64,000 bases of DNA from IMG/VR virus record IMGVR_UViG_3300034105_002232; one strand, 5' to 3'. Shown in pieces: positions 55,133-63,970 of this stretch. The stretch's first letter is position 1. Every line of letters begins with the position of its first letter. The position numbers and the translations under genes were made by a program. This DNA comes from a virus. The notes below the pieces were generated by a model. That model worked only from the letters and a program-made list of their open reading frames with translations, did not search any database and was not told where the DNA came from.

Positions 55133-55843
55133 CTAATTCCAGTATTTGGTATGATCCAATCTATCCCAATATTGTTTATTATTGCGATTAACAAAGTTTC
55201 TAATTAGATACGTTGCCATTCCAAAATAACCCATTTTTTTAAATCTTCTTGAGTCTTGTCCAAAATAGTGATCAACAATTCTAAATTTTTTTGTACTGTA
55301 CATTCTTGAAAGAAAGAAATCCTCAGAGGTTACATAGCGTTCAGAAAACCCACTATATTCCTCAAATTTAGTCTTACTAGTTAGCATAAATGCACCAACA
55401 GCAAATGGGACAAAATATTTAAATACTCCGTTCACAAAGTTAAAAATCATGAAACTTATATTGGCTCTGTGATCGTTGTCGTAACAATAAATTTTTGCCG
55501 TAATTAAATCTAAATTGTAAAACTCAATTTCATCTACAGTATCTTGAATTACTGTGTCTCTAAAAAATTGAACATCAGAATCGATGAACAAAATGTAAGG
55601 TGTCGTGGCCAACCGTGCACCGTTGTTCCTGGCTACAGAAACTGTGCCACCATTGATTATTTCTACATTTAAAAAAGCACTGTTGGCTTGTATAACCTGT
55701 CTTGTGTTATCGGTAGAACTATCAGCAATAATGATTCTAGTATCTCCAAGTTTTTGCAATCTCAGTGAGTCTAATAAATGATGAATATACGTTTCTTCAT
55801 TGCGACAAGGTACTACAATTGTAATTTTATCACTTAGTTTCAT
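55133..55843 (-). CDS. family 2 glycosyltransferase
   Basis: IVVPCRNEE, IIAD.STD.T, ARNNGA, FIDSD, SED. Confidence 0.9.
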   Translation of the reverse strand: MKLSDKITIVVPCRNEETYIHHLLDSLRLQKLGDTRIIIADSSTDNTRQVIQANSAFLNVEIINGGTVSVARNNGARLATTPYILFIDSDVQFFRDTVIQDTVDEIEFYNLDLITAKIYCYDNDHRANISFMIFNFVNGVFKYFVPFAVGAFMLTSKTKFEEYSGFSERYVTSEDFFLSRMYSTKKFRIVDHYFGQDSRRFKKMGYFGMATYLIRNFVNRNNKQYWDRLDHTKYWN

Positions 55844-56009
55844 TTTTAATACATTTTCCTTCTATTCGAAAAGAATCAAATTTTATCCAATATGTCATTG
55901 ATTGCAAACTAGTCTCGCAACTGAGTTGATCCGGAAATTCCAACATCACTCTGCCCGGAATGTCCTTTGGATCTTTTAGGTGCACCACTATCAATATCAT
56001 CAACCACAT
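55830..56009 (-). CDS. small secreted/membrane protein with two Cys
   Basis: Start refined to MWLMIL; overlaps the 3' end of the phosphoesterase gene. Confidence 0.5.
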   Translation of the reverse strand: MWLMILIVVHLKDPKDIPGRVMLEFPDQLSCETSLQSMTYWIKFDSFRIEGKCIKNETK

Positions 56010-56760
56010 TGTCTGTCTCCTGTGTCCAAGTAATAATTTCCCAACGGCCATCATGATGTTCCACTAGTGCAGTCATGCTTTCCACCCAATCGCCATCATT
56101 CATGTATATGATGCCATCTATTTCTTTTATTTCTGCATGATGAATATGACCACATATCACTCCATCAAAGCCACGCTTGCTGCAATAGCCAGCAAGATTA
56201 TGCTCAAACTGAAAAATAAAGTCCACGGCTTTTTTGACCTTATGCTTGAGATAAAAAGATAAACTCCAATAACCAAAGCCCATCCTACGACGAAGCCAAT
56301 TAAAACGGCTGTTAACACTGAGAATAACATCATATGCCTTGTCTCCCAAAAAACCCAACCAAGGAGCCAGTCTGGTAATGCCATCAAACAAGTCGCCGTG
56401 TGTGACCAAGTAATGCTTACCGTCCACTCCAATGTGTTCGGATTGATTTGCTATTTCTATTAGACCAAATCCTGGATCATATTGCATAAAGGGTCTGAGA
56501 AATTCATCATGATTGCCTGCCACATACACTACTCGGGTACCACGTTTGGCATGCCCCAGTACTCGACGAACTACATTGGTATGACTTTGTTTCCAACGCC
56601 ATTTGTTTTGTTTAATCTTCCATGCATCAATTATATCACCTACAAGATACAGTGTTTCGCATGAGTTATTTTTAAGGAAATTGTTAAGTGCTTCGGCCTT
56701 GCAATCTTTGGTCCCTAAATGAACATCTGAAATAAAGATAGTGCGATGTGTCTTGTTCAT
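55909..56760 (-). CDS. LpxH-like metallophosphoesterase, PlcP-type phospholipase C candidate
   Basis: RTIFISDVHLG, LYLVGDIID.W, GNHD, HGD.FD, DGVICGHIHHA, NDGDWVES.TALVE. Confidence 0.8.
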   Translation of the reverse strand: MNKTHRTIFISDVHLGTKDCKAEALNNFLKNNSCETLYLVGDIIDAWKIKQNKWRWKQSHTNVVRRVLGHAKRGTRVVYVAGNHDEFLRPFMQYDPGFGLIEIANQSEHIGVDGKHYLVTHGDLFDGITRLAPWLGFLGDKAYDVILSVNSRFNWLRRRMGFGYWSLSFYLKHKVKKAVDFIFQFEHNLAGYCSKRGFDGVICGHIHHAEIKEIDGIIYMNDGDWVESMTALVEHHDGRWEIITWTQETDNVVDDIDSGAPKRSKGHSGQSDVGISGSTQLRD

Positions 56761-56782
56761 AATAATATTTAAGGTCTTTAAG

Positions 56783-56800
56783 ATTACAAACCCATTACAA
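56783..56800 (-). promoter_or_regulatory. Pho box upstream of the plcP-like gene
   Basis: TTGTAAT-GGGT-TTGTAAT direct repeat with 11-bp period. Confidence 0.65.
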
Positions 56801-56804
56801 AGTC

Positions 56805-56834
56805 AAATAAAAAGCCCTTCCGGGCTTTTTATTT
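56805..56834. terminator. bidirectional intrinsic terminator after the porin
   Basis: AAATAAAAAGCCC-TTCC-GGGCTTTTTATTT. Confidence 0.8.
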
Positions 56835-56840
56835 TTGGTA

Positions 56841-58244
56841 CTAGAAACTTATTTGACTTCTTAGCATGACTGCTTTTTCACCAGTTACTCTACTGCCTGA
56901 CGCACCCACTGGGGCATTGAATTTGGTGTCTACATAATTGACCATGAATCGAACATTGTCATTCAAAAACCAAGTAATACCGTATGTGATCGCTGTGGCT
57001 TGATTGGCTTTGCCTGCTACTACGGCAATAGTTTCAGCATCGAACTCACTAGATCTAATACCTACCTGCCATGCTCCAGGACCACCACTGGTAAATGCAT
57101 TGTTTGGTTTGATCCAACCAAATGTGCCATCTTTGTAAGCATGACTTTCTCCGGTTAAATTGTATACCAACTGAACATAGTTACCTTTCACTTCTTGATT
57201 GGATCCTGTGGCTGGGTCGTATTTGTAATTAAACTGCTCGCCCTGTACTTTCAGGCCTTTCCAAGCAAACGCTGCCTCAATGCCTTGGCGTGTTCTTGCA
57301 GTGTCGCCGCTTAGAGCTGACCCTGTGAACCAGGCACTTTGTTGACGAGCTTCAGTACGACCACTGGAAGGAGTTACTCCAGTCTTTACATCACCAGTAC
57401 TGTACGCTGCACCCAAATGAGCCACAAAGTCTTTGTTCTGAATCAACTCAGCAAAGTTTGTGGTCACACGTCCAATAATATCTACACCATCTACAGTGGT
57501 AGTCTTGTTGGCACGACCACGACTTGCAGCCAGTGCATAAGTTATACCTGCTCTAGGCACACCGTGTAACATGATGCCTGTTTCTTTAGCTGGAATAAAC
57601 TCACCTTCAGTTTGTCCAATTAGGCTACGCTCCATGAAGTCAATGTTGTTGGAGCTGGTCAATTGCTCTAGACTGAACGGCATCTTGAAAGTACCAAACT
57701 GAAGTTGCATTACCGGATTGGCAGCATAATTGACCCAGAACTCATCTATTGTGGATGTGGTAGAACTGGCACCAACATCATTTCCAAAGTTTGCTAGCAA
57801 CTGATATTTGAAGTCTTTGGCAATCTGTCCTCTAACTCCAAAGCGACCACGTCTAACTTCTAATGCATCTTGATATGGGTCTGTGGTTTGACCTGCACCG
57901 TACACTGGACTATAACTTCTATAATCCATGTGAATTCTACCTGTGAATTGTGCAGTGGTATTTCCGTCTTTGGATTTGATTCCTAGTCCGTTTTCCATTA
58001 CAGCACCATCACTGGCTTTACTTAGTCTGTAGTTGTTGTTGTCTCGCAGGTCTTTGTCCACACGAGAAGAATTAAACTGTGCATTTTCTACTTTGTCTTT
58101 GTGTGCTTCCACTTTGGTAGCATGCTCTTCCTTGGTTAATATTCCTTTTTGCAAAAGAATATCCAAGGTGTCTGTGTAATCATCTGCCATTGCAGGTGAC
58201 GCAAAGCATAGTGCTAAGAGTGATATAATAGTAATTTTTTTCAT
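56841..58244 (-). CDS. phosphate-selective porin (OprO/OprP family)
   Basis: Signal peptide, GRIHMDY, RRGRFGV.G, G.FKMPFSLE.LTSS..IDFMERS, C-terminal F. Confidence 0.88.
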   Translation of the reverse strand: MKKITIISLLALCFASPAMADDYTDTLDILLQKGILTKEEHATKVEAHKDKVENAQFNSSRVDKDLRDNNNYRLSKASDGAVMENGLGIKSKDGNTTAQFTGRIHMDYRSYSPVYGAGQTTDPYQDALEVRRGRFGVRGQIAKDFKYQLLANFGNDVGASSTTSTIDEFWVNYAANPVMQLQFGTFKMPFSLEQLTSSNNIDFMERSLIGQTEGEFIPAKETGIMLHGVPRAGITYALAASRGRANKTTTVDGVDIIGRVTTNFAELIQNKDFVAHLGAAYSTGDVKTGVTPSSGRTEARQQSAWFTGSALSGDTARTRQGIEAAFAWKGLKVQGEQFNYKYDPATGSNQEVKGNYVQLVYNLTGESHAYKDGTFGWIKPNNAFTSGGPGAWQVGIRSSEFDAETIAVVAGKANQATAITYGITWFLNDNVRFMVNYVDTKFNAPVGASGSRVTGEKAVMLRSQISF

Positions 58245-58252
58245 AATATTCC

Positions 58253-59278
58253 TTATTTCCAGATTGCTTGACCGCTAGGGTCTTTAAGTTCTTTTTTCCA
58301 GTTGTCCTGCACCAGTTTAATCACTGAAGCTGGCATGTGTACGTACTCTAATTCCTCACTCATCTTGGAACCGTTTTTGTAGCTCCAGTCAAAGAATTTT
58401 AGTATTGCGCGGCCTGTTAGTAGATCGGCTTGTTGCTTGTGCATTATGATAAAGCTGGCACCTGTTGCTGGCCATGAATCTTTACCAATTTGATTTGTCA
58501 ACAACAAATACATGCCTGGAGCATTGTCCCAATCTGCATTGGCAGCTGCCGCTTTAAATGCTTCGTCGCTTGGCTGAACAAAGTTTCCATCACGATTCTT
58601 CAATTGAGCGTGAGCAATCTTGTTCTTTTTAGCATAGGCGTATTCCACATAACCAAATGCACCTTTGATTCTTTGTACCTGCGCTGCAACACCTTCGTTG
58701 CCCTTGCCGCCAATACCCACAGGCCACTTGACTGCTGTAGCAGCACCAATCACTTTACCAAATTCTGCATTAGTTTTGCTTAGATAATCACACCAGATGA
58801 ATGTTGTACCTGATCCATCAGCACGATGTACAACTGTGATTGGTAGTGCGGGTAAAGTAACGCCAGGATTCAAGCTGGTAATGGCCTGATCGTTCCATTT
58901 AGTAATTTTACCCAAATGGATATTGGCAATCACATCACTGGTAAGTTTCAATTGCCCTGGAGCAATACCGTCTAGATTTACTACTGGAACTACACCACCA
59001 ATAATAGCTGGGAATTGCATTAGACCTTCTTTTTCTAGGTCTTCTGGTTTCAATGGCATATCACTTGCGCCAAAGTCCACTGTCTTGGCTTTGATCTGTT
59101 TGATACCACCACCTGAACCGATGGATTGATAGTTGAGTCCGATGCCGGTTGCTGCTTTATACGCTTCTGCCCACTTTGAATAGATAGGATAAGGAAATGT
59201 TGCTCCTGCTCCTGTTAAGTCTGCTGCTGCTACTTGACCTGTTAATGCAATCAGTAACATTGCTAATAGTTTTTTCAT
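58253..59278 (-). CDS. pstS: phosphate ABC transporter substrate-binding protein
   Basis: GAGATFPYP, NYQSIGSGGG, DFGASD, RADGSGTT, KGNEGV, GYVEY. Confidence 0.96.
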   Translation of the reverse strand: MKKLLAMLLIALTGQVAAADLTGAGATFPYPIYSKWAEAYKAATGIGLNYQSIGSGGGIKQIKAKTVDFGASDMPLKPEDLEKEGLMQFPAIIGGVVPVVNLDGIAPGQLKLTSDVIANIHLGKITKWNDQAITSLNPGVTLPALPITVVHRADGSGTTFIWCDYLSKTNAEFGKVIGAATAVKWPVGIGGKGNEGVAAQVQRIKGAFGYVEYAYAKKNKIAHAQLKNRDGNFVQPSDEAFKAAAANADWDNAPGMYLLLTNQIGKDSWPATGASFIIMHKQQADLLTGRAILKFFDWSYKNGSKMSEELEYVHMPASVIKLVQDNWKKELKDPSGQAIWK

Positions 59279-59330
59279 TTTTTAATCTCCGTAAAATATG
59301 CGATGCATACTATTATTTAAACATACTAGT

Positions 59331-59348
59331 ATTACAAGCGTGTTACAA
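59331..59348 (-). promoter_or_regulatory. Pho box upstream of pstS
   Basis: TTGTAAC-ACGC-TTGTAAT, 11-bp period. Confidence 0.7.
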
Positions 59349-59390
59349 AACCAAGAATTTTTAAAATATTTGTAATATATTTTTGCCATA

Positions 59391-59415
59391 AAAAAAGGCA
59401 GCATTGCGCTGCCCT
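59391..59415 (-). terminator. intrinsic terminator insulating pstS
   Basis: AAGGCAGC/GCTGCCTT stem plus T tract. Confidence 0.75.
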
Positions 59416-59436
59416 TCCTACTCAGTTGAACTAGAA

Positions 59437-59706
59437 TTAGTCAACTAGACCCATTGCAATTGCCTTGTAACCAGCTGACACCAACGCACGACTGGCCTTA
59501 CCATGACGGTATTCAGTGACACGAACACCGTTACTTGCTTTGCGGGTGTTTGCATATACTGGAAATCCAGCATAACGAATTTCGCTAACGGTAGCACGTG
59601 GGTTCTTGATCCCAAATTTCTTTTGAATCTGGCTAGCAGTTAGTGCTTCTCCTTCAATGACGAGAGCTTGGAACAACTTACCTTGTTTTGTTTTTAAATC
59701 AAACAT
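59437..59706 (-). CDS. small winged-HTH DNA-binding protein
   Basis: LTASQIQKKFGIKNPRATVSEIR..G..V. Confidence 0.65.
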   Translation of the reverse strand: MFDLKTKQGKLFQALVIEGEALTASQIQKKFGIKNPRATVSEIRYAGFPVYANTRKASNGVRVTEYRHGKASRALVSAGYKAIAMGLVD

Positions 59707-59783
59707 TTATATCTCCTATGTGGTTGATAGCTGTACGACAGCATCATTACATTATATACAGTTGTTTTGGTAAATGCAACAAC

Positions 59784-59963
59784 TTATTTTACCGTTTTGT
59801 CTTTTTGTTTTTCCAAACTCCAAGAGCCGTCACCGCGATCAATCCATTTGAGAGTGTCACCTTCTGTCCAGCCGGCTTCGGCCAATAGGTCAGGTGGGAA
59901 TGGTAGGATAAGTTCTCCAGTATCAGGATCTTCCTCTAATGTTATAGTCCAGGTCTTATCCAA
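59784..59963 (-). CDS. AbrB/MazE/SpoVT-like small protein (59 aa), not in ORF track
   Basis: GELILPFPPDLLAEAGWTEGDTLKW; TTG start. Confidence 0.7.
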   Translation of the reverse strand: MDKTWTITLEEDPDTGELILPFPPDLLAEAGWTEGDTLKWIDRGDGSWSLEKQKDKTVK

Positions 59964-60216
59964 TTTGTTCTACCCGAGTAACATTGGCAACCTTGAAACT
60001 GCGCCATTCGTTTTTATCAGTGCACCAAACACTAAGATTGTCTGGGTTTTCTTTACGTGTGTTTTCTTCTCCTGGGTCTTTGACCGTAAAGGCCGGCAGC
60101 ACACCTGATTTGAGTGTACACGGCATGGTGCGAGTTTCACCGTTTACTTTGGTAAATGTAACTTCGCAGATGCTTTCACGCAACATGTTCACAATGTGTT
60201 CTCTATTCAACTCCAT
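59956..60216 (-). CDS. WYL-like SH3-fold phage protein
   Basis: V.FTKVNGETRTM.CTL...W....EWRSF. Confidence 0.75.
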   Translation of the reverse strand: MELNREHIVNMLRESICEVTFTKVNGETRTMPCTLKSGVLPAFTVKDPGEENTRKENPDNLSVWCTDKNEWRSFKVANVTRVEQIG

Positions 60217-60370
60217 CTGTATCTTCCTTTTTAATATAATTGTATTTGGTCAGCTGATGCAAGCGATCAGCACAGTTTCTAACATCTTCGCTCAATAGGC
60301 CGCGTCCCATGTGTTGTTCAATCAGGCGGGCTACATCGTGCAATTGCATTACTGCTTGTTCTAGTGTCAT
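60203..60370 (-). CDS. small hypothetical protein (MTLEQAVMQLHDVARLIEQ...), not in ORF track
   Basis: Manual translation; ATGA-coupled. Confidence 0.55.
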   Translation of the reverse strand: MTLEQAVMQLHDVARLIEQHMGRGLLSEDVRNCADRLHQLTKYNYIKKEDTDGVE

Positions 60371-60600
60371 GATTTAAGCTCCCGGAGTACCATGTCTCTG
60401 CTGCGTTGTTCATCTTCTGCTTGACGACATTTGTGCATTTCGCCAGCAACCATGTTTAAAAACTCAACAACATTTTCCTTGCCAAGGTCGGTCCAGTGAT
60501 TGTAATTTGAACCAATGCTGCTGTTGTAATACAGCTTGGGATTCTGTGACATTTCTTCAATGCCGCCATACACCAGGTCCTTGAGTGCTGCTCTGTTCAT
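60367..60600 (-). CDS. hypothetical protein
   Basis: Start refined to MNRAALK with GGAG RBS. Confidence 0.65.
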   Translation of the reverse strand: MNRAALKDLVYGGIEEMSQNPKLYYNSSIGSNYNHWTDLGKENVVEFLNMVAGEMHKCRQAEDEQRSRDMVLRELKS

Positions 60601-60619
60601 AAACCATCTCCAAAAAAAG

Positions 60620-61933
60620 TTAGATTTTTTCGCCGACTTCAAAACCACGGAAACGCAGGAATCTTGGAAAACGTAAAGAATAAGTGCCATCTTGATTTTG
60701 TGTAATAGCATCTGCTCTCACTTCAACCAGCCTATTGAGTACAGAATCACGATCATGATAGAACTGGTCTCTATCAGCATCGCTAAACCCACTACCAACA
60801 TTGACGGTAATAAACTTCCCGTCATCGGATCCGGAGCAAACGAGAGCTCCAAGTCGTCCCACGTTTCTTCCAGTACCCTCTTCAAGTTCAATAACATTTA
60901 GGCTGACCTCAATAAATGGTTTAAGTTTGAGCCAAGCCACACTGCGCTTGCACTCGTATGCTGCATCTGGATCTTTGAGCATGATGCCTTCGTATCCGCC
61001 TGCCACTGCCTGTTGATTGATTTCAAGATAGCGTGCCTGTCCTTCTTTGGTATCCAGGTCCACAAGCTCTTGCCCAACAACCTCAACATTGGGCAAGAAC
61101 GGTCTACTGACCTTGAACCAAATACTCAGTGCCTGACTACGCAGTTCTTGTGTTTTGTCAAAGCGTCCTTGTTCAAACGCCGCCAATGGTAGCCAATCAA
61201 ACAGGTGCAGTACCGCATCTGTAGACTTGATGTCACTTTTGCGATGTACCTGTTTCATTAAATCTTGAAAACTGCTGCTCATGATTTCACCATCAAACAC
61301 CCATGGTTCTGACAAGTGTTTTGCAACAACGGCAAATTGTTCACGAATGTGCGGAAAGTTTACCAGTTCCTTGCCATTACGGCTAAACTGATCCACACGA
61401 CCAGTGGGGTGGACAACAGTGATAACCCGAACGCCATCCAGCTTAACTTCAATAAGTTTACGTCCTGTGACTTTGCTTTCGTGATTGGCACTGTCGTGCG
61501 CCAGTTGACAGCCAAATACCGGAATACTGAATTCATTATGATTTTCCTCTACTGTTTTGTTGATGGTTTTTTCGCTAACACCGCAACGAAGGTCTTTGAT
61601 TAGAATACGTCGTACCCAACTGTTCCATTCATCTGGCGTGGCCAGCGCCATTGCTGCTTCAATCAAGTCACGTGCAGCATGTCCAGTGGCCTGCCGGGTA
61701 CTCAATTGACGACACAGTTCGTTGGTTGATTCCCAACCTAATCCGGCACCTGCGGTGTCTGTTTTCTCTGGCACCTGCTTGACACCAAATGTGGTCATTG
61801 AATCAAGTGCAAGTCTACAACCAGCAAAAAACTCTTGGTTGTTGTCCAGTGCTTCTCTATGCACAATGAGTTCTTTGTACAAACGTCCATTGCCTGCTTC
61901 CAGTTCTGCAACAACTTCCCAAGGTTTACGCAT
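60620..61933 (-). CDS. ATP-dependent DNA ligase
   Basis: EVKLDGVR motif I, FDGE, EGIMLK, WLKLK, VGSGFSD, SLRFPRF. Confidence 0.93.
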   Translation of the reverse strand: MRKPWEVVAELEAGNGRLYKELIVHREALDNNQEFFAGCRLALDSMTTFGVKQVPEKTDTAGAGLGWESTNELCRQLSTRQATGHAARDLIEAAMALATPDEWNSWVRRILIKDLRCGVSEKTINKTVEENHNEFSIPVFGCQLAHDSANHESKVTGRKLIEVKLDGVRVITVVHPTGRVDQFSRNGKELVNFPHIREQFAVVAKHLSEPWVFDGEIMSSSFQDLMKQVHRKSDIKSTDAVLHLFDWLPLAAFEQGRFDKTQELRSQALSIWFKVSRPFLPNVEVVGQELVDLDTKEGQARYLEINQQAVAGGYEGIMLKDPDAAYECKRSVAWLKLKPFIEVSLNVIELEEGTGRNVGRLGALVCSGSDDGKFITVNVGSGFSDADRDQFYHDRDSVLNRLVEVRADAITQNQDGTYSLRFPRFLRFRGFEVGEKI

Positions 61934-62333
61934 CTTGTGTTTCCTTTACATGACGACAACTTTTACGAAACTGGAATCCTGCACATGTACAAGTCCAGAC
62001 ATTTTTGGATCTTACCACAGTGTATTTAGAACCGCGACTGCCATCTACTGCCCAGGTCTGTGTATCATCGCGAACTGCTTCGCGGACTGCATCAGTACCA
62101 TCTGCGTATTCAATTGCAGTGATCCGATCAAGCGGAATTTCTCTAATACGTACAGGGCTGTCAAAATCTGTTACGATTCTAACAAAGTTGGCGGGAGTAA
62201 ATTTAGTTGCTGAATCAACAATACCAGTTATTGTTGTTTTGTTAACACCTTCGTGTCCGATAACATAACTATCAAACGCAAAAGTAATAGCAACTTTGCA
62301 ACCGGCTTTGGGTATTTGGTATTGAGTCTTCAT
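61926..62333 (-). CDS. SWIM zinc-finger protein
   Basis: GS..Y.V......CTCAGFQFRKSCRHV. Confidence 0.8.
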   Translation of the reverse strand: MKTQYQIPKAGCKVAITFAFDSYVIGHEGVNKTTITGIVDSATKFTPANFVRIVTDFDSPVRIREIPLDRITAIEYADGTDAVREAVRDDTQTWAVDGSRGSKYTVVRSKNVWTCTCAGFQFRKSCRHVKETQDA

Positions 62334-62339
62334 GCTCTA

Positions 62340-62368
62340 ATTATAGCAAATGATGAATTTATTGTCAA
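62340..62368 (-). promoter_or_regulatory. consensus sigma70 promoter
   Basis: TTGACA-17-TATAAT. Confidence 0.8.
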
Positions 62369-62369
62369 T

Positions 62370-62396
62370 AAAAATAGCACCCTAGGGTGCTATTTT
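62370..62396 (-). terminator. terminator of the tmRNA gene
   Basis: AAAATAGCACCCTAGGGTGCTATTTT palindrome. Confidence 0.8.
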
Positions 62397-62399
62397 AGC

Positions 62400-62776
62400 T
62401 ATTTGTTAACAAGGCGCCGCCCCCGGGTCTAGAGTTTCTTAGGCTGCTAGTAAAACTGCTGAGTCATTTGCAGCAACACGGCCAAAAAAGGCAGCTTTGC
62501 TTACAGTAACTTTTACAGTACCATTTGTATTTGCGTTTGCATTTACGAGTTTTGCTTGATTTACAGTCATCGCCTACTGTGCTGTCCATATCCTTACTTG
62601 ATGCCCAATCGAAACCTGGTCGCCCCCATCAGAAGTACTCTTGATCTCCAGTTTACCGGTGGGGATCAATCCACTTTCAACCTTCTCCGATCCGGCGTCC
62701 CGTTTAGAATACTTTTGGTGGAGGCGAGGGGAATCGAACCCCTGTCTTGAACACCTTTCATTCTACTTCATACAAC
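62400..62776 (-). ncRNA. ssrA: circularly permuted (two-piece) tmRNA
   Basis: Acceptor piece ...GACAGGGGTTCGATTCCCCTCGCCTCCACCA (CCA at 62716-62718) precedes the coding piece GGGGGCGACCAGGTTTCGA (G1 at 62627); G3-U70 pair; tag ORF 62439-62540 ends in LAA. Confidence 0.9.
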
Positions 62777-62782
62777 AATTCT

Positions 62783-62950
62783 TTACTTTACTTCTCTAAG
62801 TTCACATCTGGCTTTGATGGCGTTTTCTCTGTGATGCATGATTGCTCGCACAATTTCCTCACATTCAGTCCGGCGTGTATAACTGCGCCAATCTCGCTCA
62901 ACTCCATCGGCAACGACCAAAACCACCAAGACCCAAACCCAAATATCCAT
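62783..62950 (-). CDS. small protein with hydrophobic N-terminus and two Cys (55 aa), not in ORF track
   Basis: MDIWVWVLVVLVVADG...CEE...ARCELR; manual translation. Confidence 0.5.
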   Translation of the reverse strand: MDIWVWVLVVLVVADGVERDWRSYTRRTECEEIVRAIMHHRENAIKARCELREVK

Positions 62951-63106
62951 ACAGTTGTTCAATGCTGACTTTTATTGCACTTCTTTCCACAATATAAAGC
63001 ATGCACCTAGAATACATCCTGTTATCAAAACCCCAAATAGGAACCCTATTACAAAATATGATGATCCGGTGCTCATCTAGTATTTATAATACTAGCAGCT
63101 ACAACG

Positions 63107-63970
63107 TCAGTCAAATTTGATATTTTTAAAATCAAAAGTAAGTCGATGCAACAACCGATTGGCCATACCGTCAAATTCCCATCGTTTATGTATGCCTAGC
63201 CATTGCTCTGCGATTACCACATCGCCGTCTTGCCAGTCATGATGATAGATATATTTTTCTTGCAATACATGAGATTTAAGACGCTCCACAATTTCTAAAC
63301 TTTGTTCTTGGGTCATGCCTACAAAGTTTTTAAACTGTAGGAATGGAAAAAACAATCCAGTTTTACCTGCAATGTTAGTATGCACCAAGTTGGGCGTGTA
63401 CTGTTCATTAAAATTGTTATCGCTACCAAAATCAAATTCTGAATAATTTCCACGTTTAAATCCGCAAACCATTTTAAGATCTTTAACTTCTTCTTTGGTG
63501 TCTAGGTCCAGATCATCCCAGGCAGCAATGTTGTTGGTCCAACTTGTTTTGGAACCAACGGTACCGTGAACCCCCAGTAGCCAAACCAATGGTTTACGAG
63601 TTGGCATTGCAGGTTGATTGCAATGCCAATCTAAATCGCTAACATGTCCAAACAACCCAGGATTGCCATGTTCATCTAATGCTCCGGTTACTCTTTGTGC
63701 CTTGTTCTGACCACCGGACACAAAAATACTAGGAAGATGTTTCATGTTGTCAGGAATAACATCCGGAAATATTACTTGTTCAGTGTCACCAAACATTTCA
63801 ACAATTCTTACTTCATCATCAATGCCAAGATGCCCTTGATTTTTAATTACTACTAAAGTGTTGGTAGCTAAAAATTTACCAATGGTATTGATATCTTGTG
63901 TAGTGGCCTGTAACAGGTCAAAATTGTCAATGACCCCGGTCCAGTTGTTTGTGTGTAAAGGAATTTTCAT
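63107..63970 (-). CDS. TauD/TfdA-family dioxygenase
   Basis: LDWHCN, YHHDWQDGDVVI....IHKR...RLLHR. Confidence 0.82.
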   Translation of the reverse strand: MKIPLHTNNWTGVIDNFDLLQATTQDINTIGKFLATNTLVVIKNQGHLGIDDEVRIVEMFGDTEQVIFPDVIPDNMKHLPSIFVSGGQNKAQRVTGALDEHGNPGLFGHVSDLDWHCNQPAMPTRKPLVWLLGVHGTVGSKTSWTNNIAAWDDLDLDTKEEVKDLKMVCGFKRGNYSEFDFGSDNNFNEQYTPNLVHTNIAGKTGLFFPFLQFKNFVGMTQEQSLEIVERLKSHVLQEKYIYHHDWQDGDVVIAEQWLGIHKRWEFDGMANRLLHRLTFDFKNIKFD

